Assembly: GCA_003220475.1 (NCBI GenBank)
Contig: QHSO01000004.1
Coordinates: forward strand, 6,163-70,162
Reading direction: 5' to 3'
DNA length: 64,000 nucleotides
Source: Candidatus Rokuibacteriota bacterium
GTDB taxonomy: Bacteria > Methylomirabilota > Methylomirabilia > Rokubacteriales > CSP1-6
Positions 1 through 9,150 of this stretch are shown piece by piece. The first letter of the stretch is position 1. Every line of letters begins with the position of its first letter. The position numbers and the translations under genes are program-made. The notes below the pieces were generated by a model. That model did no database searches, was not told the DNA's origin, and worked only from the letters and a program-made list of their open reading frames with translations.

Positions 1-951
1 GTGGGCCGCGTGCTGATGGGCTCAGGACACACACTCGGCACCCTCGGCCTGCTGACGACCATCTTGCGGGTTCGCGCCGAACATCGACTCGCCTCCGCGC
101 TCAACGCGTCGGAGTTCAGCGCCATGCTCGGGATGCTCGGCGGCGTTGGTCTCGTGGGCGCGCTGCCAGGCACGCTGTCCTGGCAGGCCGCCTTCGTCAT
201 CGGCTGCTCGCCGATCGTCGCGGCGTTCGTCTCGCTGCACGCGCTGCTGGCGCTCCTGCCCGACGACGGTGAAGGGCGACCATGGTTCGCGCGCAGCGCG
301 GACGCCGCGGTGCCCAGCGATGCGACGAGGGCGCGCCGCGGCACGTCGGCGCTCGCCTTCGCCGCCGGCTGTGCCGTCGCGCTCGCCTACGCGACGCTCG
401 AGCAGTTCGTCATCCCCGTGCGCGGCAGCCGCGAGTTCGGTCTCGAGCGCTCGGGCATTGCGCGCCTGCTGATGCTGGCGCAACTCTCCGACACGATCGC
501 GCTTCTGCCGGTCGGAGCGCTGGCGGACCGCGTCGGCACCGCGCGCGTGCTCGGCGTCGTGCTGCTGAGCTTCGCGGCGGCGGTGGCGATGGTGGGCCTC
601 GGGCCACTGCCGATGGTCATCGGCGGCTGCGTCGTCTTCGGCATGAGCATGGCGGGCTGGATGCTGCCGGTCGGCTTGCTGCGCGCGGCCACGCCGGCGT
701 CGCAGGTCGCATGGCGCACGGCGCTCTTTCGCGTCTTCGTTGACGGTGGGATGTTCCTCGGCCCATTCGCGAGCGGTCTGCTGGGGCCGATGCACCCGCG
801 CGTGCTGCCGGCGGCGCTGTCGGTCGCCCTGTGCGTCGTGGGCGTGATGCTGCTCGCGCGCTCCGCGGCGGGCCGCCCGCGGCGCGCGGAACATCTGGCG
901 GCCGCGTCGGCGCGCCGTGGCGGTGACGACGACGGTCGTTTCGCCGGCTGA
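1..951 (+). CDS. MFS-type transporter, C-terminal part (5' end outside window)
   Basis: The frame is open from base 1 to TGA 949-951. The product is a series of hydrophobic helices typical of the second half of an MFS permease, and GC3 is high. Confidence 0.7.
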   Translation: MGRVLMGSGHTLGTLGLLTTILRVRAEHRLASALNASEFSAMLGMLGGVGLVGALPGTLSWQAAFVIGCSPIVAAFVSLHALLALLPDDGEGRPWFARSADAAVPSDATRARRGTSALAFAAGCAVALAYATLEQFVIPVRGSREFGLERSGIARLLMLAQLSDTIALLPVGALADRVGTARVLGVVLLSFAAAVAMVGLGPLPMVIGGCVVFGMSMAGWMLPVGLLRAATPASQVAWRTALFRVFVDGGMFLGPFASGLLGPMHPRVLPAALSVALCVVGVMLLARSAAGRPRRAEHLAAASARRGGDDDGRFAG

Positions 952-957
952 CGTCGC

Positions 958-973
958 TGGCACTGTGCTTGCT
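958..973 (+). promoter_or_regulatory. sigma54 (-24/-12) promoter candidate
   Basis: TGGCAC-TGTGC-TTGCT is an exact match to the consensus TGGCAC-N5-TTGCW. The GG and GC are 12 nt apart, and the site lies 23 nt upstream of ATG 996. Confidence 0.6.
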
Positions 974-995
974 CCGTGAATGAGTGGGGTAGAGC

Positions 996-2600
996 ATGCG
1001 GAATCCCCTCAGAGGAATCGGCAGCTGGTTCGGACGCCACTGGCTCTGGTTTGCCGTTCCCGTGGCCGTCGTCGTCGTGCTGGCCGTCGTCATCGCGTTC
1101 TTCATCGACGAGCCGCTGCGGCGCATGACCGAGCGCGAGATGAACCGCAAGATGAAGGGCTACACCGCGCACATCCGCAAGCTCGACTTCCACCCCATCG
1201 GATTCTCCATCGACTTCTACGACGTGCAGTTCATCCAGAACGCCAATCCCGAGCCGCCCGTCATGCGGATCGAGCGGCTCAGCGCCAGCGTGCAATGGCG
1301 TGCGCTGATCCACCGCGCGCTGGTGGCCGACTTCAAGCTGGTCAAGCCGATCATCTACGTCGACAAGTCGCACTTCGAGACCGAGCTCAAGGATCCGACG
1401 CCGGTCAAGGAGCATGGCTGGCAGGACGCCTTGCAGGCGATGTACCCGCTGAATATCAACGAGTTCAAGATCGTCGACGGGGAGGCGACCTACATCGAGA
1501 CGCCGCAGGCGCGGCCGCTGCGCGTGACGAAGATCCAGGCGACGGTCCAGGACATTCGCAACGTGCGCTCGGCGGAAGGCGAGTACCCCTCGCCGCTGCG
1601 CCTCCAGGCCGTCGTCTTCGACCGCGGCCAGATCCAGGTCGACGGCAATGCCGACTTCCTGCTCGAGCCCTACGCCGGCGTGAAAGGCCACCTCGAGATT
1701 CGCGACGTGCCGCTCGACTACTTCGCGCCGGTGGCCGCGCGCGCCAACGTCACCCTGAAGCGCGGTGCCGTCAGCGGGCGCGGCGACGTCGAGTACTCGC
1801 CCAAGATCGCCACGCTCTGGCTCGAGCGCTTCCAGGTGGATGGCCTGGTCGCCGACTACCAGTACATGAAGGTCGACGCGCCGGCGCACGCGGAGGTCGT
1901 CAAGGAAGGCGCGCAGAAAGCGCAACAGGTCAGCAATGCGCGCGACGTCGTCCTGCACGTCGAAGACTTGCGCGTGGTGAACGCCAACATCGGCTTCATC
2001 AACAAGAACACGAACCCGGAATACCGTGTGTTCATCGATGAGATGAACCTGGCGATGAAGAAGTTCAGCAACCAGAAGGACGAGGGCTACGGCCACGCGA
2101 CGCTGACCGGCCGCTTCCTCGGCAGCGGCGCCACCGTCGTGGACGCCACCTTCCGCCCGGAGAACAAGGGCCCCGACTTCTCGTTGAACGCGAAGGTCGA
2201 GAACACCGACATGCGGAAGATGAACGACCTGCTGCGTGCCCACGCGAAGTTCGACGTGGTATCGGGCGTGTTCTCGGTGTACTCGGAGCTGCGCGTCCAC
2301 AATAACCGCATCGACGGTTACGTGAAGCCACTCTTCCGCGACTTGAAGGTCTACGGCAAGGACAAGGACGAAGACCGCACGTTCGGCCAGAAGGTGAAAG
2401 AAAAGGCCATCGACGTCGCGGCCAAGGTCCTCAAGAACCGTCCGCGCAAGGAAGTCGCGACGGTGGTGGACATCTCGGGACCGATCGACAGCCCGCAGAC
2501 CAAAACCTGGCCGGTCCTCGTCCGGCTCATCCAGAACGCGTTCATCAAGGCCATCCTGCCCGGATTCCAGCGAGAGGCGTCGCGGGCCGAGCGCGACTAG
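996..2600 (+). CDS. DUF748/AsmA-like envelope protein (N-terminal TM anchor)
   Basis: The 534-aa ORF has a TM helix (WLWFAVPVAVVVVLAVVIAFF) followed by a long beta-rich soluble region. The architecture resembles the DUF748 family, which is recalled and not searched. Confidence 0.7.
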   Translation: MRNPLRGIGSWFGRHWLWFAVPVAVVVVLAVVIAFFIDEPLRRMTEREMNRKMKGYTAHIRKLDFHPIGFSIDFYDVQFIQNANPEPPVMRIERLSASVQWRALIHRALVADFKLVKPIIYVDKSHFETELKDPTPVKEHGWQDALQAMYPLNINEFKIVDGEATYIETPQARPLRVTKIQATVQDIRNVRSAEGEYPSPLRLQAVVFDRGQIQVDGNADFLLEPYAGVKGHLEIRDVPLDYFAPVAARANVTLKRGAVSGRGDVEYSPKIATLWLERFQVDGLVADYQYMKVDAPAHAEVVKEGAQKAQQVSNARDVVLHVEDLRVVNANIGFINKNTNPEYRVFIDEMNLAMKKFSNQKDEGYGHATLTGRFLGSGATVVDATFRPENKGPDFSLNAKVENTDMRKMNDLLRAHAKFDVVSGVFSVYSELRVHNNRIDGYVKPLFRDLKVYGKDKDEDRTFGQKVKEKAIDVAAKVLKNRPRKEVATVVDISGPIDSPQTKTWPVLVRLIQNAFIKAILPGFQREASRAERD

Positions 2601-2618
2601 CGCGAGCCGTGGTGCGCG

Positions 2619-3059
2619 TCAGGCCAGGATGATCTTCCAGGCCCGCGCCAAGATTCCGAGGAACCAGAGCGAGCGTGGCAACCAGTGCTCGCTCTGCGCC
2701 CACGCCCCGAGCCCGACCACCGCGAGCACCGACGTCGTCGCCATCCAATCGGGCAGGCTGAACCAGCGCACGACCGGGAGCACGAAGCCACCGAGCGCCG
2801 CCACCGCGAAGATCAGCAGCACCACGGCGACGAAGACCGCGAACGGTGCCAGGAACAGTGTGGAGAAGACGAGGATCAGCGCGTCGGCGCGTCCGAAGTT
2901 CGGGTCGGCGAACGCCTGCGACACCTCGGGACGAGCCGCGAAATAGTGCGCGATCTCGCGCGGCTGCACGAGCCCCGCGTAGATTGCGAGCGCGAGCGTC
3001 GAGCCGAGGGCGACGAGCCAGTGCGGCAGGCGCCAAGCAGTAGGGGTCAGCAAAACCAT
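2619..3059 (-). CDS. small integral membrane protein (about 4 TM), unknown family
   Basis: It lies inside the longer ORF 2619..3647. ATG 3059 is preceded by GGAGGA (3064-3070). The product is 146 aa and mostly hydrophobic helices, whereas the upstream part of the long ORF is Arg/Ser-rich junk. Confidence 0.6.
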   Translation of the reverse strand: MVLLTPTAWRLPHWLVALGSTLALAIYAGLVQPREIAHYFAARPEVSQAFADPNFGRADALILVFSTLFLAPFAVFVAVVLLIFAVAALGGFVLPVVRWFSLPDWMATTSVLAVVGLGAWAQSEHWLPRSLWFLGILARAWKIILA

Positions 3060-3081
3060 CTCAGTCCTCCTGCGCGTATTT

Positions 3082-3097
3082 CGCAAGGAGGGTGCCA
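3082..3097 (-). promoter_or_regulatory. sigma54 (-24/-12) promoter candidate
   Basis: The minus strand reads TGGCAC-CCTCC-TTGCG with exact spacing. The predicted TSS near 3071 leaves a 12-nt leader starting at the SD of the 3059 gene. Confidence 0.6.
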
Positions 3098-3240
3098 CGC
3101 TCTGCCTCAATGAAATCGCTCGCTTGCCGCAGGGCGACGGCTCGGTCGTGTCGGCGCGCTGACATCCCCCGGTGCCAGACCGCGCCGCGCGCCGCCGCCG
3201 TCGGCGTGGGGTACGATACCGGCACTTCGCGGAGGCCATC

Positions 3241-4035
3241 ATGACCAACGACCTGCTCGAGAGCGTGAAAGACGGCGTGGCGCTGCTCACTCTCAACCGA
3301 CCTGATCGCCTCAACGCGTTGTCGGGCCCGATGCTCGACGCGCTGCTCGAGGCGCTGCCGCGGCTGGCCGCGGAGAGCGAGGTCGGCGCGATCGTGCTCA
3401 CCGGCGCCGGCCGCGGATTCTGCGCGGGCGGCGACGTCAAGGCGATGGCCGAGGGTCGCGAGTTCGCCGAAACCGGGCTCGAAGACAAGGCGCACGGGCT
3501 GCGCAGCAAGATGGAGGTCTCACGGCTGCTACACGAGATTCCCAAGCCGACCATCGCGATGGTGCGCGGCGCGGCGGCCGGGGCGGGGCTCTCGATGGCG
3601 CTCGCGTGTGATCTCCGCGTGGCGGGCGAGAGCGCGAAGTTCGCCACGGCGTTCGCGCGCGTGGGCTACTCGGGGGATTTCGGCGGCTCGTGGTTCCTCA
3701 CCCAGCTCGTCGGCACCGCAAAGGCGCGCGAGCTCTACTACACCGCCGAGATCGTCGACGCCCGCCAGGCGCTCGCGCTCGGCATCGTCAATCGCGTCGT
3801 GGCCGACGAGAAGCTGGAGGACGAGACGCTGACGCTGGCGCGCAAGCTCGCGCAGGGACCGCGCATCGCGCTGCGCTACATGAAGCGGAACATGAACGCC
3901 GCGGAGACGCAGACGCTCGCGCAGTGTCTGGATCTCGAGGCGATGCACCACACGCGCACCGGGTTCACCGAGGACCATCGTGAAGCCGCGCGCGCATTCG
4001 TCGAGAAGCGGGAGCCCGTCTTCAAAGGACGCTGA
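3241..4035 (+). CDS. enoyl-CoA hydratase/isomerase family protein
   Basis: ATG 3241 follows GGAGG. Crotonase motifs LTLNRPDRLNAL and GAGRGFCAGGDV are present. Confidence 0.9.
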   Translation: MTNDLLESVKDGVALLTLNRPDRLNALSGPMLDALLEALPRLAAESEVGAIVLTGAGRGFCAGGDVKAMAEGREFAETGLEDKAHGLRSKMEVSRLLHEIPKPTIAMVRGAAAGAGLSMALACDLRVAGESAKFATAFARVGYSGDFGGSWFLTQLVGTAKARELYYTAEIVDARQALALGIVNRVVADEKLEDETLTLARKLAQGPRIALRYMKRNMNAAETQTLAQCLDLEAMHHTRTGFTEDHREAARAFVEKREPVFKGR

Positions 4036-4152
4036 CGCGCGCGAGCGCAGCGCGCCCCACGATGATCATGATGGTGCGTGCGACCAGGCAAGGTTTGCAT
4101 GGTGCGCCACGCGCGCAGTCGGCGGCATGTGCGGTGCAGCAAGCCGGCGACC

Positions 4153-5823
4153 ATGATTACCGCCGGAATGCATCAGCGTGGTGCGACGAAGTCGACCCTC
4201 GGGAGCAGCATCGCGGTCATCATCGTGATCGCGCTGCTGACTGCGGTATCCGTCGGCGCGCAGACGCCGATTCCCCAGCTCGCGCTGTGGGAAGCCAACA
4301 TGCGCAGCTACGGGCAGCTCGCGTGTGAGTATCTCGGCCAGCCGCACAGCTTCGACGAGTACCTCACGGAGGTCTATTACGACGCCGAGCGCGCGTTCCA
4401 GCAGGTCGCCGAGTACACCGGCGACGGCGCCTGGTTGACGTGCACGCAGCGCGCGGCGGCGATCTATCGCGACCAGTACGTCATGGGCGCGCCATGCTGG
4501 GGTGGCGGCTTCGGGTGTGTGCCCGGGTATTGGAACTTCACCCACGGCCTCACGATGGATTACCTCAGGACAGGCGACGCCGCGTCGAGAGATGCGGTGA
4601 TGGCGCTGTCCGAACATGCCGCGTACGCTGTCGACACGACGCCGCTCGAAGAGACGGTCTCGCCGTGGCTGAGCCGCGAGGTCGCGTACGCGATCATGAG
4701 CTACATCAACGCCGAGAAAGTCGGCGCCGCGCCGCGCGCGCGCTTGCCCCAACTCGTCGATCAGGCGCTCGGCCACCTCGATCAGTGGTTCGTCTCTCGA
4801 TCGTTTCGCTGCCCGAGCTTCTGCCAGCCCGCCGAGGCCGCGGGCCAGTACTACATCCAGCCGTTCATGCTCGGGCTCACCGCCGAGGCCCTCATCATGT
4901 ACGCGGACAAGACGGGGGATGGCCGGATCCTCCCCGCGATCAAAACGGCGCTGGACTGGTTGTGGGACAACGCCTGGGTCGTCGCGGACCAATCGTTCTG
5001 GTACGAGAACTGGGTTTCCGATCCGTCGATACCATTCCCGGCGCGGCGCGGCGCGCCGGATCTCAATCTCGTCATCGCGCCGGCGTTCGCGTGGGTCTAC
5101 CAGCAAACCGGTGACCTCACGTACCGCGATCGGGGTGACGCGGTGTTCGCCGGTGGCGTCCTGAACGCCTATCTCGCCGGCGGCAAACAGTTCGATCAGA
5201 ACTACAGCTGGAGCTTCGACTACGTGAAGTGGCGTGGCGCAGCGGCGGCGCCACCACCGCCGCCACCGCTGCCGCTCACGGCCGACATCACGACGCCGGT
5301 CGCCGGCGCAAAGGTGAGCGGTACGAGCGCCGTCGTCATGGCGGCGGGCGGCGGTGCGACGCCCTACACGTACACGCTCGACCTCGACGGTGCGACCCTC
5401 ACCTCGGGCGGGGACGCGACGTATGCGTGGAATACGACGACGGTCAGCGATACCTCGCACGCGCTCACGCTGACTGTCCGCGATGCCGCCGGGGCGAGCG
5501 CGACCACCACGCGCAGCGTGAACGTCGCCAACCGTCCGAGCGGCCCCTGGCTGTACGTCGCGCAGCCGACCAACGGCGCCACCGTCAGCGGGACGACGTC
5601 GGCCGTCGTCTGGCTCAAGAGCCTCTACGACGGCACGAACGTGTACACGGTCCGCGTCAATGGTCAGGTCGTCGCGACGCAAACGACGAGCTCGACGGGA
5701 CCGATATCGCTGCCGTGGGATACCACGAGCACGGCCAATGGGCCGCAGACGGTCAGCGTGGAGGCGCGCGACGCCGTCGGCGACATCGGAACGGCCAGCA
5801 TCACGGTCACCGTGGCCAACTGA
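4153..5823 (+). CDS. secreted protein: helical-toroid-like domain plus two tandem Ig-like domains
   Basis: It has a signal/anchor (SSIAVIIVIALLTAVSVGAQT), a helical region of about 360 aa, a PPPPPP linker, and two repeats of about 85 aa with the same pattern (xGAxVSGTxxVV...W(N/D)TT...xxRDAxG...VAN). The start is either 4153 or 4168. Confidence 0.7.
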   Translation: MITAGMHQRGATKSTLGSSIAVIIVIALLTAVSVGAQTPIPQLALWEANMRSYGQLACEYLGQPHSFDEYLTEVYYDAERAFQQVAEYTGDGAWLTCTQRAAAIYRDQYVMGAPCWGGGFGCVPGYWNFTHGLTMDYLRTGDAASRDAVMALSEHAAYAVDTTPLEETVSPWLSREVAYAIMSYINAEKVGAAPRARLPQLVDQALGHLDQWFVSRSFRCPSFCQPAEAAGQYYIQPFMLGLTAEALIMYADKTGDGRILPAIKTALDWLWDNAWVVADQSFWYENWVSDPSIPFPARRGAPDLNLVIAPAFAWVYQQTGDLTYRDRGDAVFAGGVLNAYLAGGKQFDQNYSWSFDYVKWRGAAAAPPPPPPLPLTADITTPVAGAKVSGTSAVVMAAGGGATPYTYTLDLDGATLTSGGDATYAWNTTTVSDTSHALTLTVRDAAGASATTTRSVNVANRPSGPWLYVAQPTNGATVSGTTSAVVWLKSLYDGTNVYTVRVNGQVVATQTTSSTGPISLPWDTTSTANGPQTVSVEARDAVGDIGTASITVTVAN

Positions 5824-5837
5824 GGCTCGGCGCCTCA
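5821..5837. terminator. short hairpin between convergent genes (no U-tract)
   Basis: The stem is tgaggc / gcctca with loop tcggc. The two stems contain the stop codons of both convergent genes. Confidence 0.25.
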
Positions 5838-6488
5838 GCCCAGTAGCGCGAGGAGCTCGTCGACCGCGGAGGCCGCGAAGGCGGTGGCCGTGCGCGCGCC
5901 GAGATCGTGTCCGGCGTCGCGCACCGTCACCAGCCGAGTCGGGCCGGGCATGAGCCCACGCGCCTCCTCCATCTCGTCGAGAAGCCCGAACGGATCGCGC
6001 GTGCCGTGTACGAAGACCGTCGGCGTGCGCAGCGTGATGAGGTGCTCGGTGCGCCGGCGCTCCGGGCGCCCGGGCGGGTGCAACGGATACGCGAGTAGCA
6101 ACAGCGCGCGCGCGAGCGCCGGCGTGTCGGCGAGCAGCATGCTCGCCTGGCGGCCGCCGTACGAGTGACCGCCGAGCATGAGCCTGCCGCTGCAGCGGCG
6201 CGCGAGCACGGCGAGCGCGTGACGCAGGCCCTCGCGATCGCGCGCCGCCCACGCCGGCGACGGCGGCCCTTTCCCGCGCGCCTGGCGAAACGGCAGATCG
6301 ATGCGCAGCGCGGCCACCCCACGCGCGGCGAATGCGGTCGCGACCGCGCGCAGCACGGGTGAGTCGCGATTCGACCCGGCGCCGTGGGCGAGCACGATGC
6401 CGTCGCCCCTCGGAAGGCGCGGCTGGTGCAGCACGCCGCGCACGGTGCGCTCGCCGTCGCCCTCCTCGAGAGGCTCGACATCGCTCAC
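5835..6488 (-). CDS. alpha/beta hydrolase (small KANL3/Tex30- or dienelactone-hydrolase-like)
   Basis: GTG 6488 (VSDVEPLEE...) lies within ORF 5835..6632. It has the nucleophile elbow GGHSYGG and a C-terminal RDAGHDL. Confidence 0.75.
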   Translation of the reverse strand: MSDVEPLEEGDGERTVRGVLHQPRLPRGDGIVLAHGAGSNRDSPVLRAVATAFAARGVAALRIDLPFRQARGKGPPSPAWAARDREGLRHALAVLARRCSGRLMLGGHSYGGRQASMLLADTPALARALLLLAYPLHPPGRPERRRTEHLITLRTPTVFVHGTRDPFGLLDEMEEARGLMPGPTRLVTVRDAGHDLGARTATAFAASAVDELLALLG

Positions 6489-6556
6489 GGTGCCCGAGCA
6501 TAGCGCGGCGCCATCCGCGGCGTCCCTGTACGATAGACGGGAATGCGAGGAGGACG

Positions 6557-6964
6557 ATGATGCGGACGATGCTGCTGGCGCTGGTCGTCGCGGTGGCGGC
6601 GGCCGGCTGCATGACCGCCGATGTGACGCCATCGGCGTCGGTCACGACGCTGATGCCCGACAGCGAGCGGTGGTTTAAGCTCAGCTGGGACGCGACGCCC
6701 GAGAAGCAGGGCGATCTGCGCCGCCTGCGCGGCTACGTCGAGAACACGTACGGAGAGGCGGCGGGCAGGGTTCAGTTGCTCGGCCAGGCGCTGGACGCGA
6801 GCGGCGCCGTCGTCGGCCAGAAGATCTCGTGGCTGTCCGGCACCGTGGGGGGCTTCGGCCGCGTCTACTTCGAGATCCCCAACATGCCGCCGGCGGACCA
6901 CTATCGCGTGACCGTGTGGACGTACGAGCGGATCCAGGCCCCGGGCGGCTGGGTCATACGCTGA
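6557..6964 (+). CDS. lipoprotein, unknown function
   Basis: ATG 6557 follows GAGGAGGA. The lipobox is LVVAVAAAGC and the product is 135 aa. Confidence 0.6.
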   Translation: MMRTMLLALVVAVAAAGCMTADVTPSASVTTLMPDSERWFKLSWDATPEKQGDLRRLRGYVENTYGEAAGRVQLLGQALDASGAVVGQKISWLSGTVGGFGRVYFEIPNMPPADHYRVTVWTYERIQAPGGWVIR

Positions 6965-6974
6965 TTCCTGGGAC

Positions 6975-7667
6975 GTGACGCACGCCTCCCCCGCGGTGGC
7001 GGTCATGGCGAAGGCGCCGGGCTTCGCGCCGGTGAAGTCGCGCCTGCAGCCGCCGCTGACCGCGGACGAGGCGCGCGCACTCGCGACGGCGTTCCTGCTC
7101 GATCGCCTCGATGCGGTCGCCGCGCTCGCGGACGCCGCGGCCGTGCTGGCGTTCGCGCCGGCCGAGGCGGCGGCAGTCCTGCGCACGCTGATCCCGCCTG
7201 GAGTGCGGCTGCTCGCGCAGCGCGGCGACGACCTCGGAGCGCGGCTGACGCACGTGTTCGACGATCTTCTCGCGCAGCACGCCGCGGTGCTCGTGCTCGA
7301 CGCCGACAGCCCGACGCTGCCGATGACCTGGGTCGCCGAGGGCGTCGCGATGCTGGCGGCGGAGCAGGCCGACGTCGTGCTCGGCCCGAGTGACGACGGC
7401 GGCTACTGGTCGATCGGGCTCCGCACGCGATGCCCCGCGCTGTTCGCCGATGTGCCGTGGAGCACCGAGCGCGTGCTCGAGACGACGCTCGCGCGCGCGC
7501 AGACGCTGCGACTGCGCGTGGCGCTGCTGCCGCGCTGGTTCGACGTCGATACCGAGGCGGATCTGCGACGGCTGTGCGACGACGTTGCGGTGTCCGGTGG
7601 GCCATGGCGCACGGCCGCGCTCGTTCCGGCGCTGGCCGCTCGACTGGCGGCGGGAGCCACGAGATGA
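6975..7667 (+). CDS. DUF2064 (glycosyl/nucleotidyl-transferase-like) protein
   Basis: It starts at GTG 6975. Motifs VLVLDADSP and GPSDDGGYW are typical of the DUF2064 fold (family recalled). Confidence 0.7.
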   Translation: MTHASPAVAVMAKAPGFAPVKSRLQPPLTADEARALATAFLLDRLDAVAALADAAAVLAFAPAEAAAVLRTLIPPGVRLLAQRGDDLGARLTHVFDDLLAQHAAVLVLDADSPTLPMTWVAEGVAMLAAEQADVVLGPSDDGGYWSIGLRTRCPALFADVPWSTERVLETTLARAQTLRLRVALLPRWFDVDTEADLRRLCDDVAVSGGPWRTAALVPALAARLAAGATR

Positions 7668-8596
7668 GCGCGCTGCGGCTCGACGAGACGGCGCGCGGCG
7701 TCTTTCCGATCTCCGCGACACCGTTCACGTCCGGCGGCGCCCTCGATCTCGACAGCCTCGATCAGCTCGTCGACTTCTACCTCGCGCGCCGCGTTCATGG
7801 CCTCACGCTGCTCGGCATCATGGGCGAGGCGCCGAAGCTCACGCCGGCCGAATCACGCGCGGTTGTACGCCGCGCGCTGGCGCGTGTGCGCGGACGTGTG
7901 CCGGTCGTCGTCGGCGTCTCGAATCCAAATCTGATGGTGCTCGCCGCCCTCGCGAACGACGCGATGGCCGCCGGCGCTGCCGGCGTGATGGTGGCGCCAC
8001 CCGTCGGGATCGCCGGCGACGATGCACTGCTCGCGTACATGACGGCGGTCGTCGCGGCAGTCGATCCCGGGACGCCGCTCGTTTATCAGGATTATCCGCA
8101 GGCGACGGGAGTGACGCTGACGGTCGAGGCCTTCCATCGCATGGTGGACGCGTTCGAGCAGCTCGTGATGCTCAAGCACGAAGACTGCCCCGGGCTCACG
8201 AAGCTCGCCCGGATCCGCGCCGAAGCGGCGCGCGCGGGACGCCGGCGCGTCAGCGTGCTCGTCGGCAACAACGCCATCTACTACCCTCAAGAGCTGGCCC
8301 GCGGCGCGGACGGCGCGATGACCGGCTTCGCGTATCTGGAGATGCTCGTGGAAGTGTACGAGCGCTTCGTCGCCGGCGACACCGAAGGCGCGGAGGACGT
8401 CTTCGACGTCTACCTGCCGCTGTTGCGCTACGAGGCGCAGCCAGGCGTCGGCCTGGCCGTGCGCAAGGAGCTGTTGTTTCGCCGCGGCGCGCTCGCGTCG
8501 CCCGCGGTGCGGGCCCCCGGCCCCACGCTCACGCCGGAAGATCGCCGGGAGCTCGATCGCCTCGTCGGGCGGCTCGAGCGCCGGCTCAAGGCCTGA
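7664..8596 (+). CDS. dihydrodipicolinate synthase/N-acetylneuraminate lyase family protein
   Basis: ATG 7664 overlaps the upstream stop (ATGA). The product shows the DapA-family TIM-barrel pattern (GLTLLGIMGEAPKLTPAE ...). Confidence 0.85.
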   Translation: MSALRLDETARGVFPISATPFTSGGALDLDSLDQLVDFYLARRVHGLTLLGIMGEAPKLTPAESRAVVRRALARVRGRVPVVVGVSNPNLMVLAALANDAMAAGAAGVMVAPPVGIAGDDALLAYMTAVVAAVDPGTPLVYQDYPQATGVTLTVEAFHRMVDAFEQLVMLKHEDCPGLTKLARIRAEAARAGRRRVSVLVGNNAIYYPQELARGADGAMTGFAYLEMLVEVYERFVAGDTEGAEDVFDVYLPLLRYEAQPGVGLAVRKELLFRRGALASPAVRAPGPTLTPEDRRELDRLVGRLERRLKA

Positions 8597-8599
8597 GCT

Positions 8600-8977
8600 T
8601 CACCCCGTCATCACTTCGACGACGGTGCGACACAGCACCTCGGGATCCACGGGCTTGGCGAGGTGCGCGCGGAAGCCCGCTTCGAGCGCCCTCGTGCGCG
8701 GATGCTGCCCCGCGAACGCCGTCACGGCGACGGCAGGCACGTCCCGCGCGTTGAGCGTGCGCGCGACTTCGCGCACGAGCCAGTAGCCGTCCTCGCCGGG
8801 CATGGCGATGTCGCTGACGATCGCATCGGGGCGTGATCTCAAGAACGCTTCGAGGCCGCTCTTCGCCGACTCTGCGACCAGCACCGTCGCGCCGCACAGC
8901 TCGAGCATGGCCCGGATCATCTCGCGCGTGTCGTCGTCGTCCTCGACGACGAGCACCGTGGCGCCTTCGAGCTCCAT
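8600..8977 (-). CDS. stand-alone response regulator receiver (CheY-like)
   Basis: ATG 8977 gives a 125-aa product. Receiver signatures are VLVVEDDDD, the phospho-Asp in AIVSDIAMPG, VAVTAF and LAKPV. There is no output domain. Confidence 0.85.
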   Translation of the reverse strand: MELEGATVLVVEDDDDTREMIRAMLELCGATVLVAESAKSGLEAFLRSRPDAIVSDIAMPGEDGYWLVREVARTLNARDVPAVAVTAFAGQHPRTRALEAGFRAHLAKPVDPEVLCRTVVEVMTG

Positions 8978-9109
8978 GGCCGACCGTTGTACACCATCCG
9001 GCTCGCGGCGCGATATGGAAAACTTTTGCCCGCAGAAATGTGGACGCGAGGCGAAAAGGTGAATTCCGAGAGCCGCGGAAGTGTTAGGATGGCGCGCGAA
9101 AACCGGGCC

Positions 9110-9125
9110 TGGCATTCCGCTTGCG
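9110..9125 (+). promoter_or_regulatory. sigma54 (-24/-12) promoter candidate
   Basis: TGGCAT-TCCGC-TTGCG has correct spacing. The predicted TSS near 9136 gives a 15-nt leader containing GGAGG before ATG 9151. Confidence 0.55.
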
Positions 9126-9150
9126 GTCGCGGCCGGCACGGAGGTGCGGC

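Noticed and set aside
387-2300. Very long alternative-frame or antisense ORFs in the track. Examples: 387..2300 -, 4066..6645 -, 38696..40537 -, 58371..60464 -, 60693..62138 -, 61178..63772 + upstream part, 7390..8754 +.
   Set aside because: Their translations are Arg/Ala/Pro/Gly-rich with no motifs. They lie opposite to, or out of frame with, genes that have clear family signatures. These are typical shadow ORFs of high-GC DNA.
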